From Aulosira sp. ZfuVER01 (GTDB lineage Bacteria > Cyanobacteriota > Cyanobacteriia > Cyanobacteriales > Nostocaceae): a DNA stretch of 64,000 nucleotides. Shown here piece after piece: positions 1-9,513 of the stretch. Location of the stretch: positions 32,001 through 96,000 of the forward strand of contig JAVRCV020000046.1 in the NCBI GenBank assembly GCA_034530615.2, read 5' to 3'. Under the pieces are notes generated by a model. It saw only the letters and a program-made list of their open reading frames with translations. It was not told the DNA's origin and did not search any database. The translations under genes and the position numbers were made by a program. Positions within the stretch are counted from its first letter, which is position 1, and each line of letters begins with the position of its first letter.

Positions 1-473
1 GTAATTTTTTCCCCTGTGAGTTGGGTGTAAACCTTAATTAATGCAGGTGTATGTTGACGTTCTTCTTTTTCCCATAAGCCAGGTTCTAGTAGTTCCCCAT
101 ATTCACCGACACTTCCACCAACAAACCGCGCCATTTGAGGATGCAATTTTGCCAAATACTTTCTACTGGTTTGGGTATAGCCGCGAATCGGGGCTTCTGT
201 ATCCATTGCACCTATCAAGATAGATAGAAATACTTCTAGATCTATGCCGATAATTTGATTGCAATTAATCGCTTGCCAATCAATGGGTTCCCAGGGACGC
301 GGTTGGGGATTGGTAAATTGTATCGGTAAATCCTGCAAGCGATCGCGTAGTTTTTCGACTCCGAGGTATTTATCTATTAGGGAACGAATACGGCGCTGTG
401 TTTGTAAGTAGTGAGGAGAGGGAAAGCTTTGACCTGCTAAATCTTCTGCACCTGGGCTAAGGGTGTTAAGCAT
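1..473 (-). CDS. Ferritin-like (di-iron) domain protein, 5' part only; runs off the window start
   Basis: Manual translation from ATG 473: MLNTLSPGAEDLAGQSFPSPHYLQTQRRIRSLIDKYL...AMDTEAPIRGY...GLWEKEERQHTPAL. The frame stays open to the window edge and has an ExxH-type motif. Confidence 0.65.
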   Translation of the reverse strand, partial: MLNTLSPGAEDLAGQSFPSPHYLQTQRRIRSLIDKYLGVEKLRDRLQDLPIQFTNPQPRPWEPIDWQAINCNQIIGIDLEVFLSILIGAMDTEAPIRGYTQTSRKYLAKLHPQMARFVGGSVGEYGELLEPGLWEKEERQHTPALIKVYTQLTGEKI

Positions 474-629
474 ATTTTTATACTTTGTTTTTATCTCTAT
501 GCCCTAGCCTAAGCGATCGCACTTTCTTTTGTCAGTCGGTTGAAGTCGGCAGTTTTATATAATTTAGTTGCAAAAGTTGGGGAAAAAGTAAGATAAGGAA
601 TGTGTAGATTTTTAGCTAATATCAAAATA

Positions 630-1595
630 TTAGTTAAGTTTTTCAAGGAAGTCTTGACTATATTCTGCTGTTTGCCAATTTTTGGCAGATTTAACTTGTT
701 CTACAGTTAAGCCGGCTGCATTCCAAAAACTAGCTCCTTCTATATCAGCATCATCCAGCTTTGCTCCTTCGAGATTAGCATTGCCAAACTTTGCTCCTTT
801 TAAATTTGCTTTTTGGAAATTGGCATTTTTAAGTAATGCTCCGTGAAAACTAGCCTCTGAAAAATTAGATGCTTCTAGGTTAGCGTCCTGAAGATTAACT
901 CCCCAAAGAATAGCATTTGGAAGTTTAGCTCCTTGAAGAGAAACACCAGGAGCTATCAAGTATGCTCCCATTAATGCAGCATTAAACCCCATGGGAAATT
1001 GAGTATGCTCATCGTATAAAACATCTCTAAGGTCAGTACTTTCCAATTTTGCGGTTAAAAGAGAAGCACTGTATAGCCTAGCTCCATAAAGGTCGGCTTT
1101 AGAAAGATTAGCTCCATCAAGTTTTGCTTCCGTAAAATCCGTCTTGTAGAAATTAGCTCCTACTAAATCTGCTCCAGTTAAATCAATCTGCCTCAAGTCA
1201 GCATTGGGAGCATCTACATTTCTCAAAGAAACTCCTTCACTAGCTAAATCTTCCAAGGCAATTTTTCTCGCATAGCTAGTAACTGTATTTGAGGCTGCGG
1301 CTGCATCAATAGCCTTCCAGTATTCAAAATGTGCCCTTTTTCGTTCAGCTTTCGCTCTTTCTTCTTGCTTGGGAAGCTCAAACAAGAAAGTGATTACACC
1401 TATTAAGATACCAAGTTTACTGAGTGCATCAAGTATGTTAATAAATGCTAGCTCTTTCAGCCAATTGTTAATCGGTTTAGAATAAATTAATATACCTGCT
1501 AAAAATATCAGACTAATAAACCAAATTATCCCAATTAAAAGTGTTTTTTGTTGTAAAAAAGATTGATTTTTTTGGAGTGAATTATTGCTTTTCAA
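630..1595 (-). CDS. Pentapeptide-repeat protein with N-terminal membrane helices
   Basis: Many A(D/N)LxGA pentapeptides and two hydrophobic N-terminal segments. Confidence 0.9.
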   Translation of the reverse strand: MKSNNSLQKNQSFLQQKTLLIGIIWFISLIFLAGILIYSKPINNWLKELAFINILDALSKLGILIGVITFLFELPKQEERAKAERKRAHFEYWKAIDAAAASNTVTSYARKIALEDLASEGVSLRNVDAPNADLRQIDLTGADLVGANFYKTDFTEAKLDGANLSKADLYGARLYSASLLTAKLESTDLRDVLYDEHTQFPMGFNAALMGAYLIAPGVSLQGAKLPNAILWGVNLQDANLEASNFSEASFHGALLKNANFQKANLKGAKFGNANLEGAKLDDADIEGASFWNAAGLTVEQVKSAKNWQTAEYSQDFLEKLN

Positions 1596-1934
1596 GTTAT
1601 GTCTACCTTCGCTTATTATATGCTTAGTAAATATCTATACTAATCAAAAAAATAAAAATTTACAGCGTATTTCAGGTAAATGAGGTATTCCTTCTACCTT
1701 GAAAGAGTACTGAGTACAAAGTTAAGAGTAATTAATTATCCTCCTTGTCCTCCTTGTCTCCCTTGTCCTTTTTCATTGAAAGCAACGGGAAACTCCACCC
1801 ACAAGGGGATGGAGTTTTTTATAAAGTCGGGAAAAAAGTCGGATTTACAGAATCTTATCCGAAAATTTGAGAAGCATAACTGTAGAGTAATTTATAGTGA
1901 TTACTAAAGTCTGAACTACCCTAGTCGTTACACA

Positions 1935-4298
1935 ATGGACGCTGAAGCAGCATTAGCATGGTTAGACACCATTATTCCTGCTCAGACCGGGGAACGGTTG
2001 AGCGATTTGCAAAAAGTTATTCTTCAGCAGGTTTGGTTGGGTAGAAAATACTTGGATATCGCCCATTCTTACGGTTGTACGGAAGGACACGCTAAGGATG
2101 CTGGTTCGCAGTTATGGCGGTTACTTTCTAAGGTACTGCGACAGAAGATTACTAAAAGTAATTGTCGTGCTACTTTGGAGCGTGTTCTGAGAAAAAGTAC
2201 TACGATATCCAGTCTGATTGATTATACGCGATCGCCTCAGCAACTCACCCCAACACCAGAGGATGTTAATTTTATTGGACGACAAGATGCGATCGCTCAC
2301 TTGAATACTTTGGTAAATCAAGGGTCGAAGGTGATTGTCATCCAAGGTGAGGGCGGATTAGGCAAAACGACTCTCGCCCAGCAATATCTCCACCAAGGTT
2401 TTGACTTGGTTTTAGAATTGCTGATGGCCAAGGAAACCCAAAATATCACCCCGGCGGAACGGGTAGTAGAGGAATGGCTGAAACAAGACTTTCATGAAGA
2501 ACCAGGGGTAGAATTTGGGGTGACATTGGGACGACTCAAGCGTCAACTCCACAATCGGCGGATTGGGGTGTTAATCGACAATCTCGAACCAGCATTAGAT
2601 CAACAAGGACGGTTAATTGCATCACACCGCAACTATGTAGAACTATTGCGGGTTTTGGCTGATGCAAGGGTGCAGTCTGTGACTCTAATTACCAGTCGCG
2701 ATCGCCTGTGCGAACCTGGGTTGAATGTTGATCGCTATCGACTTCCTGGCTTGGATCTAGGTGCATGGCAACAATTTTTTAGCAATCGTGGGTTAACTAT
2801 CAACTCGTCAACTCTGCAAATGATGCATCGCACATACGGCGGTAATGCCAAAGCGATGGGAATTCTCTGCGGTTCAATTCAGGAAGATTTTGACGGAGAC
2901 ATGGCACTGTATTGGCAAGAAAATCATGCCGATCCGCTAGCAGCCACCGACTTAAAAAATTTAGCAGTTAGTCAAATTAATCGTTTGCAAACCCTCGACC
3001 CTCAAGCCTATCGCCTGCTTTGCCGTTTGGGATGTTATCGTTACCAAGATATACCCACTATCTCAACTCAAGGATTGTTTTGTTTACTGTGGGATGTACC
3101 ACCTGAACAACATCGGCAAATCATTGCTTCCCTGAGAAATCGGTCTTTAGTGGAGTGTCATAACGGTGAATACTGGCTGCATCCGGTGATTCGTGCAGAA
3201 GCGATCGCGCGTTTACGCCCCAGCGATGAATGGGAATTGACTAACTATCAAGCCGCAGAATTTTGGACAACTAGTGTTCAACAAATTGAAACTTTCAAAG
3301 ATGCTTTGCAAGCTCTAGAAGCATATTATCACTACATAGAAATTCATCAATTTGAGTTAGCAGGTAAAGTCATCCTCAAAAGCCGACATAACCAATGGCA
3401 GCAGTTTTTACCTCTCGGGAGTACTCTGTATCGTATGGGTTTAATTCAACCTGTACTGGCGGCAATTCATCAAGTTGTGAACAATCTTGATGATGAGCAA
3501 AATCTCAGCGAACTTTACAATATATTAGGCGATTTATACTGGATAACAGGCAAAATAAATCAAGCGATCGCTTGTCAGGAAAAAACTATCACTCTAGCAA
3601 CCCAAGCACTAAAATCATTTGTACCTCAACCAGAAAATAAACATACAGTTTACTATCTGCGAATGCTAGAGGTAGATTCTTTATTAAGCATTGGTCTGTA
3701 CAAAATAGATTTGTGGGAACTAGAGGCGGCTGCAAAGTTATTTCAACAAGTAATTTACCTAGCTCAAAATACTGAGCATCATCGCTGGGCTGAGAAAGCT
3801 TCTGTGTGTTTAGCTTTAGTATATTCTTATTTAGGTTTGCGTGATGCTTCTTATGCTTTAGCAGATGTAGCTTATCGAAATATGACAACCGAAAAACTAG
3901 GGGAACAGACTGGAAGATTTGTCTATTTCATGCAAATTTTGGGACAAACCTACGTCAATTTAGGAGAATTTGAGCGGGCAAATCAAATATTTCAGCAAGC
4001 TTTAACTGTTGCAGAAGAAAGCCACTATATGCAAGTGAAAGCAAAAACACTGAATGGTTTAGCAGAAATTTATCGTCAACAAGCAGAATTTGATTTAGCC
4101 CTGGCTAATCATACAGAAGCAATTGAACTTTTGGATCAAATTGGTGCTAAGTGTGATTTAGCTGAAGCTTATTTTCAATTGGGTTTAACTTATCAACAGA
4201 TGACAAAGCTTGATGAAAGTCAGATGAATTTTCATCGAGCAATGCAGCTATTTACTGAAATAGAAGCTCCCAAACAAGTTGACAAGATTTTAAATTGA
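1935..4298 (+). CDS. N-terminal HTH-like domain + NB-ARC/STAND NTPase + TPR protein
   Basis: Walker A GEGGLGKT, Walker B LIDNLE, ITSRD sensor, C-terminal TPRs. Confidence 0.85.
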   Translation: MDAEAALAWLDTIIPAQTGERLSDLQKVILQQVWLGRKYLDIAHSYGCTEGHAKDAGSQLWRLLSKVLRQKITKSNCRATLERVLRKSTTISSLIDYTRSPQQLTPTPEDVNFIGRQDAIAHLNTLVNQGSKVIVIQGEGGLGKTTLAQQYLHQGFDLVLELLMAKETQNITPAERVVEEWLKQDFHEEPGVEFGVTLGRLKRQLHNRRIGVLIDNLEPALDQQGRLIASHRNYVELLRVLADARVQSVTLITSRDRLCEPGLNVDRYRLPGLDLGAWQQFFSNRGLTINSSTLQMMHRTYGGNAKAMGILCGSIQEDFDGDMALYWQENHADPLAATDLKNLAVSQINRLQTLDPQAYRLLCRLGCYRYQDIPTISTQGLFCLLWDVPPEQHRQIIASLRNRSLVECHNGEYWLHPVIRAEAIARLRPSDEWELTNYQAAEFWTTSVQQIETFKDALQALEAYYHYIEIHQFELAGKVILKSRHNQWQQFLPLGSTLYRMGLIQPVLAAIHQVVNNLDDEQNLSELYNILGDLYWITGKINQAIACQEKTITLATQALKSFVPQPENKHTVYYLRMLEVDSLLSIGLYKIDLWELEAAAKLFQQVIYLAQNTEHHRWAEKASVCLALVYSYLGLRDASYALADVAYRNMTTEKLGEQTGRFVYFMQILGQTYVNLGEFERANQIFQQALTVAEESHYMQVKAKTLNGLAEIYRQQAEFDLALANHTEAIELLDQIGAKCDLAEAYFQLGLTYQQMTKLDESQMNFHRAMQLFTEIEAPKQVDKILN

Positions 4299-4328
4299 GG
4301 ACGATTGCATCCTATATCGCTCATCTAT

Positions 4329-4910
4329 TCAACTTTCAGCTTCTTCAGCTTCAAACTGCACTTGTCGGTACAAATCAGCAATTGCTATTTCTACATTCAC
4401 CGATTCAAGTGTCAATCTATCTTCCAAACTATACTCCGACAGCACCCATTTTCCCTGTTCGTTGCGCCGAAACACTTCCACCCCCGGTTGCGCTACTTGT
4501 ACTAAGACATATTCTTGCAAGGTTGGAGATTGGCGGTATTTGGCAAACTTTTTCCCCCGATCGGCGGCTTCCGTTGAAGGTGATAGCACTTCGACAATTA
4601 AGCAGGGAAATTGCACCAACTGCGGATCGTTTTCGCGATCATCGCAAGTCACTACCACATCGGGATAAAAATACTTTTGCCCAGGTTCTACCTGTACCTT
4701 CACATCTACAGTGTATACTTCATAGGAGCGATCGCCTAAAGCATCATCTAGAAGCTTAAAGAAATTTGCAGAAACCCGATTATGGTTGCGTGTACCACCA
4801 CTCATCGCCACAACTTCGCCATCCCAATACTCGTAGCGTTGTTCTTGGGTGGATTCCCAAACCAGATATTCTTCTGCACTCATCAAAATGCGATCAGGTA
4901 AAGCAACCAT
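4329..4910 (-). CDS. Uma2 (DUF820) family endonuclease
   Basis: EYWDGEVVAMSGGTRNH, YPDVVV, VEVLSPST; likely start ATG 4910 (MVALPD). Confidence 0.9.
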   Translation of the reverse strand: MVALPDRILMSAEEYLVWESTQEQRYEYWDGEVVAMSGGTRNHNRVSANFFKLLDDALGDRSYEVYTVDVKVQVEPGQKYFYPDVVVTCDDRENDPQLVQFPCLIVEVLSPSTEAADRGKKFAKYRQSPTLQEYVLVQVAQPGVEVFRRNEQGKWVLSEYSLEDRLTLESVNVEIAIADLYRQVQFEAEEAES

Positions 4911-5041
4911 CGGTGCGATCGGGGAATGATTTACTGTTCTAAGATAGCGAAAAAGGACATCTTTTTTGTACAACTCTCGCAAAGGAGAGACATTGAGCCA
5001 AGCAACGCACCACGTTTCCTACTACATATATGGCTAACTAT

Positions 5042-5377
5042 CTAAGCAACGCCGTAATCTGTGTACTGCCTTTTATACGGAGGTTGCAATCCCAAAACAA
5101 TATCGTCTTTGGCAACACCCATTTTAACTAACTCCTCAGCAGGATTCTGATCTGTTAAGTTCTGCTGAAGCCATATTTTTCCATTTTTAATATCAAAATG
5201 CATCACACATCTATAAATACGATCAAATTGTTGCCAACCCACATTCATCCACTGATAATGATCTCGCTTTGTATCAAAGATGAGTTGAGTTTCTACTTCA
5301 TTATTTGAAACATCATCATTGGCATAATGAGTTAGCAAGGTTTGAATATACTCTCGGTACTTTGCTATTTTATCCAT
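5042..5377 (-). CDS. xisI: XisI family protein
   Basis: LIFDTKRDHYQWMNVGW, HFDIKNGKIWLQQNLTD, DIVLGLQPPYKRQYTDYGVA. Confidence 0.92.
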   Translation of the reverse strand: MDKIAKYREYIQTLLTHYANDDVSNNEVETQLIFDTKRDHYQWMNVGWQQFDRIYRCVMHFDIKNGKIWLQQNLTDQNPAEELVKMGVAKDDIVLGLQPPYKRQYTDYGVA

Positions 5378-5781
5378 TGTACAATTACCTCATTCACTGG
5401 GTCGTAGACAACTAACAAAACTTGATATTTTTGCACTGCTGTCTGCGTGAACTCAAGTTGAAAGAAAGTTCGATAGGCATCTACTGGAACTGCTAAATAT
5501 AATACTCGCTCTGGCTCAGTTCCTTCTAAAGCTAGGCGATAACTAAGAAATTGACCTAAAGCCGCATAGAAATCTGTAATTGCAGAAGCATTCAGAAAGC
5601 TCTTAATCTCAACTGCTATTTTCTCACCTGCTCTCTCGGCTGCAACCAATCTTTCTGCGCCCAAATCAATCTGAAAATTGACGTTACCAAATTTAAATTT
5701 AAGTGGATCATCTGTAATTACCCATTGCTCTTTTTGCAAAGCTTGCTTGACTGATTCGTGAAAGATGTCCTTTGCTGACAC
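5365..5781 (-). CDS. xisH: XisH family protein
   Basis: SAKDIFHESVKQALQKEQWVITDDP, KIAVEIKSF, ALGQFLSYR; GTG start near 5781; overlaps the xisI start. Confidence 0.92.
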   Translation of the reverse strand: MSAKDIFHESVKQALQKEQWVITDDPLKFKFGNVNFQIDLGAERLVAAERAGEKIAVEIKSFLNASAITDFYAALGQFLSYRLALEGTEPERVLYLAVPVDAYRTFFQLEFTQTAVQKYQVLLVVYDPVNEVIVQWIK

Positions 5782-5938
5782 AGATAAAATTAAATATTTA
5801 TACACTCACGATCGTACTCTTTTTACTGAAAAAGTAAACGTCTGTGTGAACACCAGATATAATATGACATCACCTCATAAATCAATCTGTGAGAAAATAA
5901 TCTTGTTGTCCTACCAGCAATGCGATCGCTTACGACTT

Positions 5939-6508
5939 ATGATTTCTACCATCAAGCGCCGCTACACTTTAGATGAATATCGCGCCATTGAAGAGAAAGC
6001 AGAAGGACGCAGCGAATATCGAGATGGAGAAATTGTACCCATGCCTGGAGGAACGCTGAAACACAGCCGCATCGGTGGTAATATTTTTGCCTTTCTCAAG
6101 TTTCTGCTGCGCGATACCCAATTTGAGCCAATTAATAGCGATTTGCGGCTGTGGATTCCTGAATATCGACGCGGAGTCTATCCAGATGTGATGGTTTTTG
6201 ATGGAGAACCGCAACTCAATGGTGAGCGTTTAGATGAAGTCTTAAATCCCTTGGTGATTGTTGAAGTATTATCTCCTTCTACCGCAGATTACGACCGTCA
6301 AAATAAATTTCGCATATATCGCTCAATTCCTAGTTTTAGCGAATATTTATTAGTCGAGCAAGATGAACCTTTTGTTGAACGCTATAGCAAGCAAACTCAA
6401 GGTTGGTTGCTTAGTGATTGTAACGGCTTAGAGAGATCTATTTCCCTAGAGTCTGTTGGGATTGAATTGCCAATGGCGGAAATTTATCGCGGTGTTGCTT
6501 TTGAGTAA
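5939..6508 (+). CDS. Uma2 (DUF820) family endonuclease
   Basis: SEYRDGEIVPMPGGT, YPDVMV, VEVLSPSTADYDR; likely start ATG 5939. Confidence 0.9.
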   Translation: MISTIKRRYTLDEYRAIEEKAEGRSEYRDGEIVPMPGGTLKHSRIGGNIFAFLKFLLRDTQFEPINSDLRLWIPEYRRGVYPDVMVFDGEPQLNGERLDEVLNPLVIVEVLSPSTADYDRQNKFRIYRSIPSFSEYLLVEQDEPFVERYSKQTQGWLLSDCNGLERSISLESVGIELPMAEIYRGVAFE

Positions 6509-6751
6509 AATAGTTCTGGCTGAAAAGGCGATCTCTAACGCAATGCCAAGAATCGCAACATTTTAGTTTATCTTTATGGGTTGCGTCTCGCTAATAAGCG
6601 ATCGCGTATCCCAACAGGGTTAAAAGTATTGAGGATTTAGAGTTATGTTTAAGTGATCGCTAGCTTCAACATGGAAATTGCTGCAATTGTGCGATCACTT
6701 TCTGTAAGAATACATACTAGCGATCATGCTTGGTTTGCGCCTTTAGGACAT

Positions 6752-9202
6752 TTATGCCACAGTAATTGCTTCAATTTTTTTAAGTTCTTCTACTAGCCTA
6801 GTAGCTTCACCTATTAATTTTTGCAGATATATACTTTTTGTTTGGAATTCTTTCTCTAATTTTTTAATTTCTTCTTTTTCTACATGATCTCCTTCTTTTT
6901 GCATTTGAATTTCCTCTTTTAATTTTTTCACTTCTTCTGTTCTTTTGTGTAAAATTTCTCCTAGCTGTTTAAATGCTTCAGTTATTGATGTCTCTTCTGT
7001 TAATTTTTGGGAGTTTTCTGCTGTTTCACTTGACTCTTCTATTAATTTCCAGATTATTCGATTTAATTCACTCCTCTTGGCTGCTTTTCCTTGTAGTATC
7101 TCAATTTTTTTCTCTAATCTTTGTTTTTCTTCATTTAGTATCTGAATTTCTTTATTTTTATCCTGATTGATTTTTTCTGTTATTTCATTTATTTGAAAAA
7201 GGTTAAAATTGTTGAACTCTTCCTCTTTAAATAAACCTTTTACATATTCTATAGATTGATAATCCTCACTAATAACAAGTTCTATCTTTTGTTTGAGCAA
7301 GCGATCAATTTCATACTGTTGAAGAACTCGATTCAAATCTGATTTAGCCTCATCTATATTTCCTTTAAATATATTGACCATACCACGAAATATAAAACAC
7401 TCTTCTTTATCAGGCGCTAGGCTAATAGCTTGAGTTAAACTCTCCTTTATGTGATTTAAATTAGGAATTTCCTCTGTTTTCCATCTAACTTCAAAAATAT
7501 TATTTTTAGATATGAAGCAAAGTAAAGGAAACATTCCTTGATATACCAGTGCGATCGCACGACACTTGTCCTCAAGCAAAGTAACTTGTAGCAGTGCCGA
7601 AAGTACCTCTACTATCTCACCCGAATGGTTTTGTGCAAGACTTTTTAGCCCATTGAGAAACTGCTGACTCCACCGTTTTATATCTTCTGAGCTAGTAGCA
7701 ATCCCTGCCATGTTCATGGCTTCTGCCCATTCCTGTGCAAACTTTTGTGAAGTATCTAACGCCATTAGCCAACCATTTAATGCCATCCTCATCTGCTGCA
7801 AGGGATTTGCACAAAGACTGTGATACAACCACTCCAAGGTGTACTTCTGCCAGGTTTCATTCTTTAGCTGCTGTGTATCGGTTAAACCTAGACTTTTTCG
7901 GAGTTCATCATAATACTCAGCTAACTGTTTATGCTGCTTTGTCCATGCTTGAGGCGATATCCGACGTTGATAGCGCAACATCTGTTCTCGTACAATGTTG
8001 TGATACTGCCATCCTTCGGGATGTTCTACAACAAAAGAGCGCTCCTTCAACCACTCAAATAGATCATTTACTGCTGACTCATCCACCAGCAACGCTAAAA
8101 TATCTCGATTCAACATTCTTGGAAGCGCAGCATCTAAAGCTAACTGACGCTTTGTTCCATCCGATTCCCATTTTAGAAAACGCTCTACCGCTTCCTCACA
8201 GGGATCAACTACCACATTTATACTATTTGGAGTTGCCTGCGCCATCATCCCAATCAATAATGGCAATCCCCCTGATGAAAGTCGCCAAATCTCCTGAATC
8301 ACTGCCTCATTTGTAATTCCCCTATTGGTTAGATATTGCCGTGTTTCATCTTGTGTAAAAGGCTCTAATTCTGACCGAGCGATGCAGCTTTCCATGTCAG
8401 CCCAAATATTTCGGCTCAGGGGATCTCGTCCTGCAATTACTAGTAGAAAATTTGGTGTTAGATATCCATAGCGGTCATCCAAAAGAGAACGTAGCCAATC
8501 GTCTAAAAAAGCTCCTGTTTGCTCATAAGTATCCAACAGCAAAACTACAGTCTGCTTCTCTGCAATTTGGTTGAGATCCTCCAAAAATAGCGGAGTCAAA
8601 ACCTCCAGTGGTTCCCGTAGTAACAACACTTCGTCTTTGTTAGTCAATTTGCGAGCAATGAACGCTAGATACTCACCTGCTTTGTTCGCTACTGCATCTG
8701 TTTCGACCAAATCCAGCACCGCCCTGCTGCCGGGAATCGACTTCGCTGCACCTAAACTTGCCTTAGTCAACATACGCCCCAGTCCTGCTGCAAATCCTTG
8801 AGGAGCATCCGGATCTGCTTCCAGTTCTTGTCGCTTTTGACGGTATGTTTTGTAGCGTTCCTGAAACTTGTCAAACTTATGCCCCTGTTTTTCAAAATCC
8901 ATTGCTAGCCGATAAAGTGCTTCTGGCAAATCATCTACTCGGTTACTCTGTGCACCCTCATCTACGTAAGCAATCAATTGCTTCAAGTCTTCTGCAATTC
9001 TGCAAAACTGCTTTAGTAAAGTTGTTTTACCAATTCCGCCTTGACCGGAGATATTGAATATCACCTGATTACGCTGGTCATAGGGCGTGCTTAGAATAGC
9101 TCGAAACAATTTAATCTGAGCTTCTCGACCAATGAACGACTTTTGAGTGGCGCGATGAGCGCGCATTTCTTTCCAACTACGGGGGCGGTTGTCTTTCGAC
9201 AT
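6752..9202 (-). CDS. AAA/STAND-like ATPase with TPR-like and coiled-coil C-terminus
   Basis: FIGRE, GQGGIGKT, LLLDTYE, GGLPL; C-terminus is E/K-rich. Confidence 0.8.
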   Translation of the reverse strand: MSKDNRPRSWKEMRAHRATQKSFIGREAQIKLFRAILSTPYDQRNQVIFNISGQGGIGKTTLLKQFCRIAEDLKQLIAYVDEGAQSNRVDDLPEALYRLAMDFEKQGHKFDKFQERYKTYRQKRQELEADPDAPQGFAAGLGRMLTKASLGAAKSIPGSRAVLDLVETDAVANKAGEYLAFIARKLTNKDEVLLLREPLEVLTPLFLEDLNQIAEKQTVVLLLDTYEQTGAFLDDWLRSLLDDRYGYLTPNFLLVIAGRDPLSRNIWADMESCIARSELEPFTQDETRQYLTNRGITNEAVIQEIWRLSSGGLPLLIGMMAQATPNSINVVVDPCEEAVERFLKWESDGTKRQLALDAALPRMLNRDILALLVDESAVNDLFEWLKERSFVVEHPEGWQYHNIVREQMLRYQRRISPQAWTKQHKQLAEYYDELRKSLGLTDTQQLKNETWQKYTLEWLYHSLCANPLQQMRMALNGWLMALDTSQKFAQEWAEAMNMAGIATSSEDIKRWSQQFLNGLKSLAQNHSGEIVEVLSALLQVTLLEDKCRAIALVYQGMFPLLCFISKNNIFEVRWKTEEIPNLNHIKESLTQAISLAPDKEECFIFRGMVNIFKGNIDEAKSDLNRVLQQYEIDRLLKQKIELVISEDYQSIEYVKGLFKEEEFNNFNLFQINEITEKINQDKNKEIQILNEEKQRLEKKIEILQGKAAKRSELNRIIWKLIEESSETAENSQKLTEETSITEAFKQLGEILHKRTEEVKKLKEEIQMQKEGDHVEKEEIKKLEKEFQTKSIYLQKLIGEATRLVEELKKIEAITVA

Positions 9203-9401
9203 TGTAAATTATGACAATAGTGAAGCATATTTTCTCTTCACCAGTATGTCTTATGATTCCGTAGACTATCTAGTAAAATCCTGAGATGGAAAGATGCTCA
9301 CCCAAACTCGGCAGCGAAAGGATTGAACCAAAGCTAGTCTCTAACCAAACGGCGATCGCAACCAATTTAAATTTTAGTTTATGGCGATCGCTATTTAAGT
9401 A

Positions 9402-9465
9402 GTAGGGGTGCAGCATCCTAAATATTGTTCACAATTAGACAATCTTACTAGCGCCGTGCCCCTAC
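9402..9465. repeat. GTAG-type REP-like palindrome (GTAGGGG...CCCCTAC)
   Basis: Inverted ends; related copies at 45347 and 50432. Confidence 0.55.
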
Positions 9466-9513
9466 AAAATATAATCCATTACAGCCTAACTGAACTGTAT
9501 TGGTTTATATTGA

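Noticed and set aside
1670..1820. 75-aa ORF and CCTTGTC repeats
   Set aside because: This looks like a dispersed Nostocales repeat patch; the PPCPPCLPC peptide is a translation of the repeat.
5042..5781. fdxN-type excision element
   Set aside because: There is no serine recombinase and no interrupted gene; xisHI pairs are common stand-alone modules.
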